DNA of 62,165 nucleotides, counting the filler, from Anaerolineae bacterium (GTDB taxonomy: Bacteria > Chloroflexota > Anaerolineae > Epilineales > Epilineaceae), in assembly GCA_029262755.1 (NCBI GenBank). It is 5 parts of 5 records of this genome, joined end to end, with 100 filler letters (N's around TTAATTAATTAA, not from the genome) between each part and the next. Parts side by side here need not be neighbours in the genome. Positions count along the whole stretch, not along the records: positions 54,748 to 62,165 come from JAJCYU010000272.1; 4 more parts are not named here. One strand, 5' to 3'. The notes below the pieces were generated by a model. That model searched no databases, was not told where the DNA came from, and worked only from the letters and a program-made list of their open reading frames with translations. This document shows, in pieces, positions 60,821-62,165 of the stretch. Made by a program: the position numbers and the translations under genes. Numbering within the stretch: position 1 is the stretch's first letter; every line of letters begins with the position of its first letter.

Positions 60821-62165
60821 GGGGTCTCCCCCGACGCGGACTCCGCGGATGTGCCGGGTGCGGCTTCCGGTTCCACGAGCTCGTGGTAGCGTCCCAGTTC
60901 GGGCCGCTCCAGGACCCGGCGAACACCGGAGGGCCAGCGGATCTCGGCGCGCTCGACCGTCTCCGCTTCGCCGAGGCCGAAGTGCACGCGTCGATCGTTC
61001 TGGCTGCTGTAGCCTTCGCCGCCCGCCACGGCTTGGACCTGCTGGCGGCCCTGCCAGTGGAGGTGCACCTCGGCGCCGAGGGCGCTTGTGTTGGGCGCCG
61101 CGCCGCGCAGCGTGAAGCCGATCCAGGCACGGTCCGGCGCGACCTCGCCGCGGTAGATGCGCAGCGGACCGTTGTGGTGGGCGACCACAGCGTCCAGCGT
61201 TCCGCGATTCCACAAATCGCCAAGGGCCACAGCGCGGCCGTCCGCGGTGTCCGTGATCCCGACGGAGGCGGCGACTTCTCGGAACTGGGCCAGCCCGTCG
61301 TTGAGCCATACGTGCTTGGGCTCATGCCCGGAGAGGTTGCGGCCCTCGAGGGGCGGCCAGTTGCGGGCGTCGGCGATGACACGCTTGTTGCCGATGGCGA
61401 TCTTGCTCATGTCGTACCAGTAGCTGCGCTCGGGGTCGGCAGAGATGTAGCCGTTGGTCTGAAACAGATCGAGGTCCCCGTCGTTGTCGAGGTCGCCGAA
61501 CTGCGCGCCGAAGGCCCAGCCACCCAAGCTGACGCCCGCGCCCTCGGCCATATTCGAGTACTTCGCCAGCCCGTCGCCCGTGCCGGCGTCACGAAGTGGA
61601 ACCCACAGGTCGTTGCCTTGCACCAGCTGTCCGGCAGCGCTGATGTTGGTCACGAAGAGGGCACGCCGCCCGTCGTTGAAGACGTCGCCCAGGGCCATGT
61701 TCATGCCGCTCTTGGGTCGCTGCGCGATGCCGGCCGCCCGCCCCACCTCGCGGAAGCGCCGGCCTTCCTCGTTGAGCCAATACTCCGAGAGCCCGTAGTC
61801 GTTGGCCACGACCAGGTCGGGATATCCGGTGCCCCGGAGGTCGGCCGCCGCGGCGGCCAGGGTCCAGCGAGAGCCGGTCATGCCCACCTTGGCGCTGACG
61901 TCCTCGAAGCGAGCGTCGCCGACATTGCGCAGCAGGTAGTTGCGGCCGCCGTTCTCGGCGTACTCGTAGCTTTCGGGCATTACGTGGGTGGTCTCGAGGT
62001 GCCACAGGTCGAGCTCCTCGCTCTGGTAGCCACCGAGGAAGAGGTCGACGCGGCCGTCGCGATCGTAGTCCAGCCAAACCGCGGTGCCGGCGTTCATCCA
62101 CGCCGGCAAGCCCGATTGCGCGGTGACGTTCTCGAAGCGCTCGCCGCGGCGGTTGAGCCAGAGCT
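60817..62165 (-). CDS. CRTAC1-family protein (FG-GAP/VCBS repeats plus ASPIC-UnbV domain), 5' end outside the window
   Basis: DYDRDGRVDL and DLDNDGDLDL repeats, GYSSQN..RVHFGLG...IRWPSG. Confidence 0.92.
   Translation of the reverse strand, partial: LWLNRRGERFENVTAQSGLPAWMNAGTAVWLDYDRDGRVDLFLGGYQSEELDLWHLETTHVMPESYEYAENGGRNYLLRNVGDARFEDVSAKVGMTGSRWTLAAAAADLRGTGYPDLVVANDYGLSEYWLNEEGRRFREVGRAAGIAQRPKSGMNMALGDVFNDGRRALFVTNISAAGQLVQGNDLWVPLRDAGTGDGLAKYSNMAEGAGVSLGGWAFGAQFGDLDNDGDLDLFQTNGYISADPERSYWYDMSKIAIGNKRVIADARNWPPLEGRNLSGHEPKHVWLNDGLAQFREVAASVGITDTADGRAVALGDLWNRGTLDAVVAHHNGPLRIYRGEVAPDRAWIGFTLRGAAPNTSALGAEVHLHWQGRQQVQAVAGGEGYSSQNDRRVHFGLGEAETVERAEIRWPSGVRRVLERPELGRYHELVEPEAAPGTSAESASGETP

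Overview
High-GC bacterial sequence, probably from a Chloroflexota genome bin (inferred from gene repertoire and protein style). It is five contigs joined by artificial 100-nt N spacers that carry TTAATTAATTAA (contigs 1-19350, 19451-34317, 34418-47985, 48086-54647, 54748-62165), so synteny across gaps is meaningless. Housekeeping content includes dnaB, a bifunctional nuclease, an isocitrate-type dehydrogenase, ligA, an SLT, mmuM, an aminotransferase, rqcH, dtd, glycosyltransferases and an Opp-type ABC transporter. The main signals are: (1) two genes split by the ORF caller at an in-frame TGA in the catalytic Cys position, best read as selenoproteins: a secreted iodothyronine-deiodinase-like protein (GSAT-U-PP) and a DsbA-like lipoprotein (U-PYC); (2) a DtxR-type regulator and operator driving a di-heme MauG/CCP-like protein plus a PhnDCE-like transporter whose binding protein has His/Glu/Tyr in place of the phosphonate-binding residues, a candidate new metal-uptake system; (3) a ~167-nt structured intergenic repeat in four copies with compensatory changes; (4) an AbiE-type toxin-antitoxin cassette bracketed by a perfect 17-bp direct repeat; (5) a Rieske-fold protein lacking both His ligands; (6) a glycosyltransferase plus double radical-SAM operon. 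No rRNA, tRNA or CRISPR array was seen. All calls come from reading motifs; no database searches were run.
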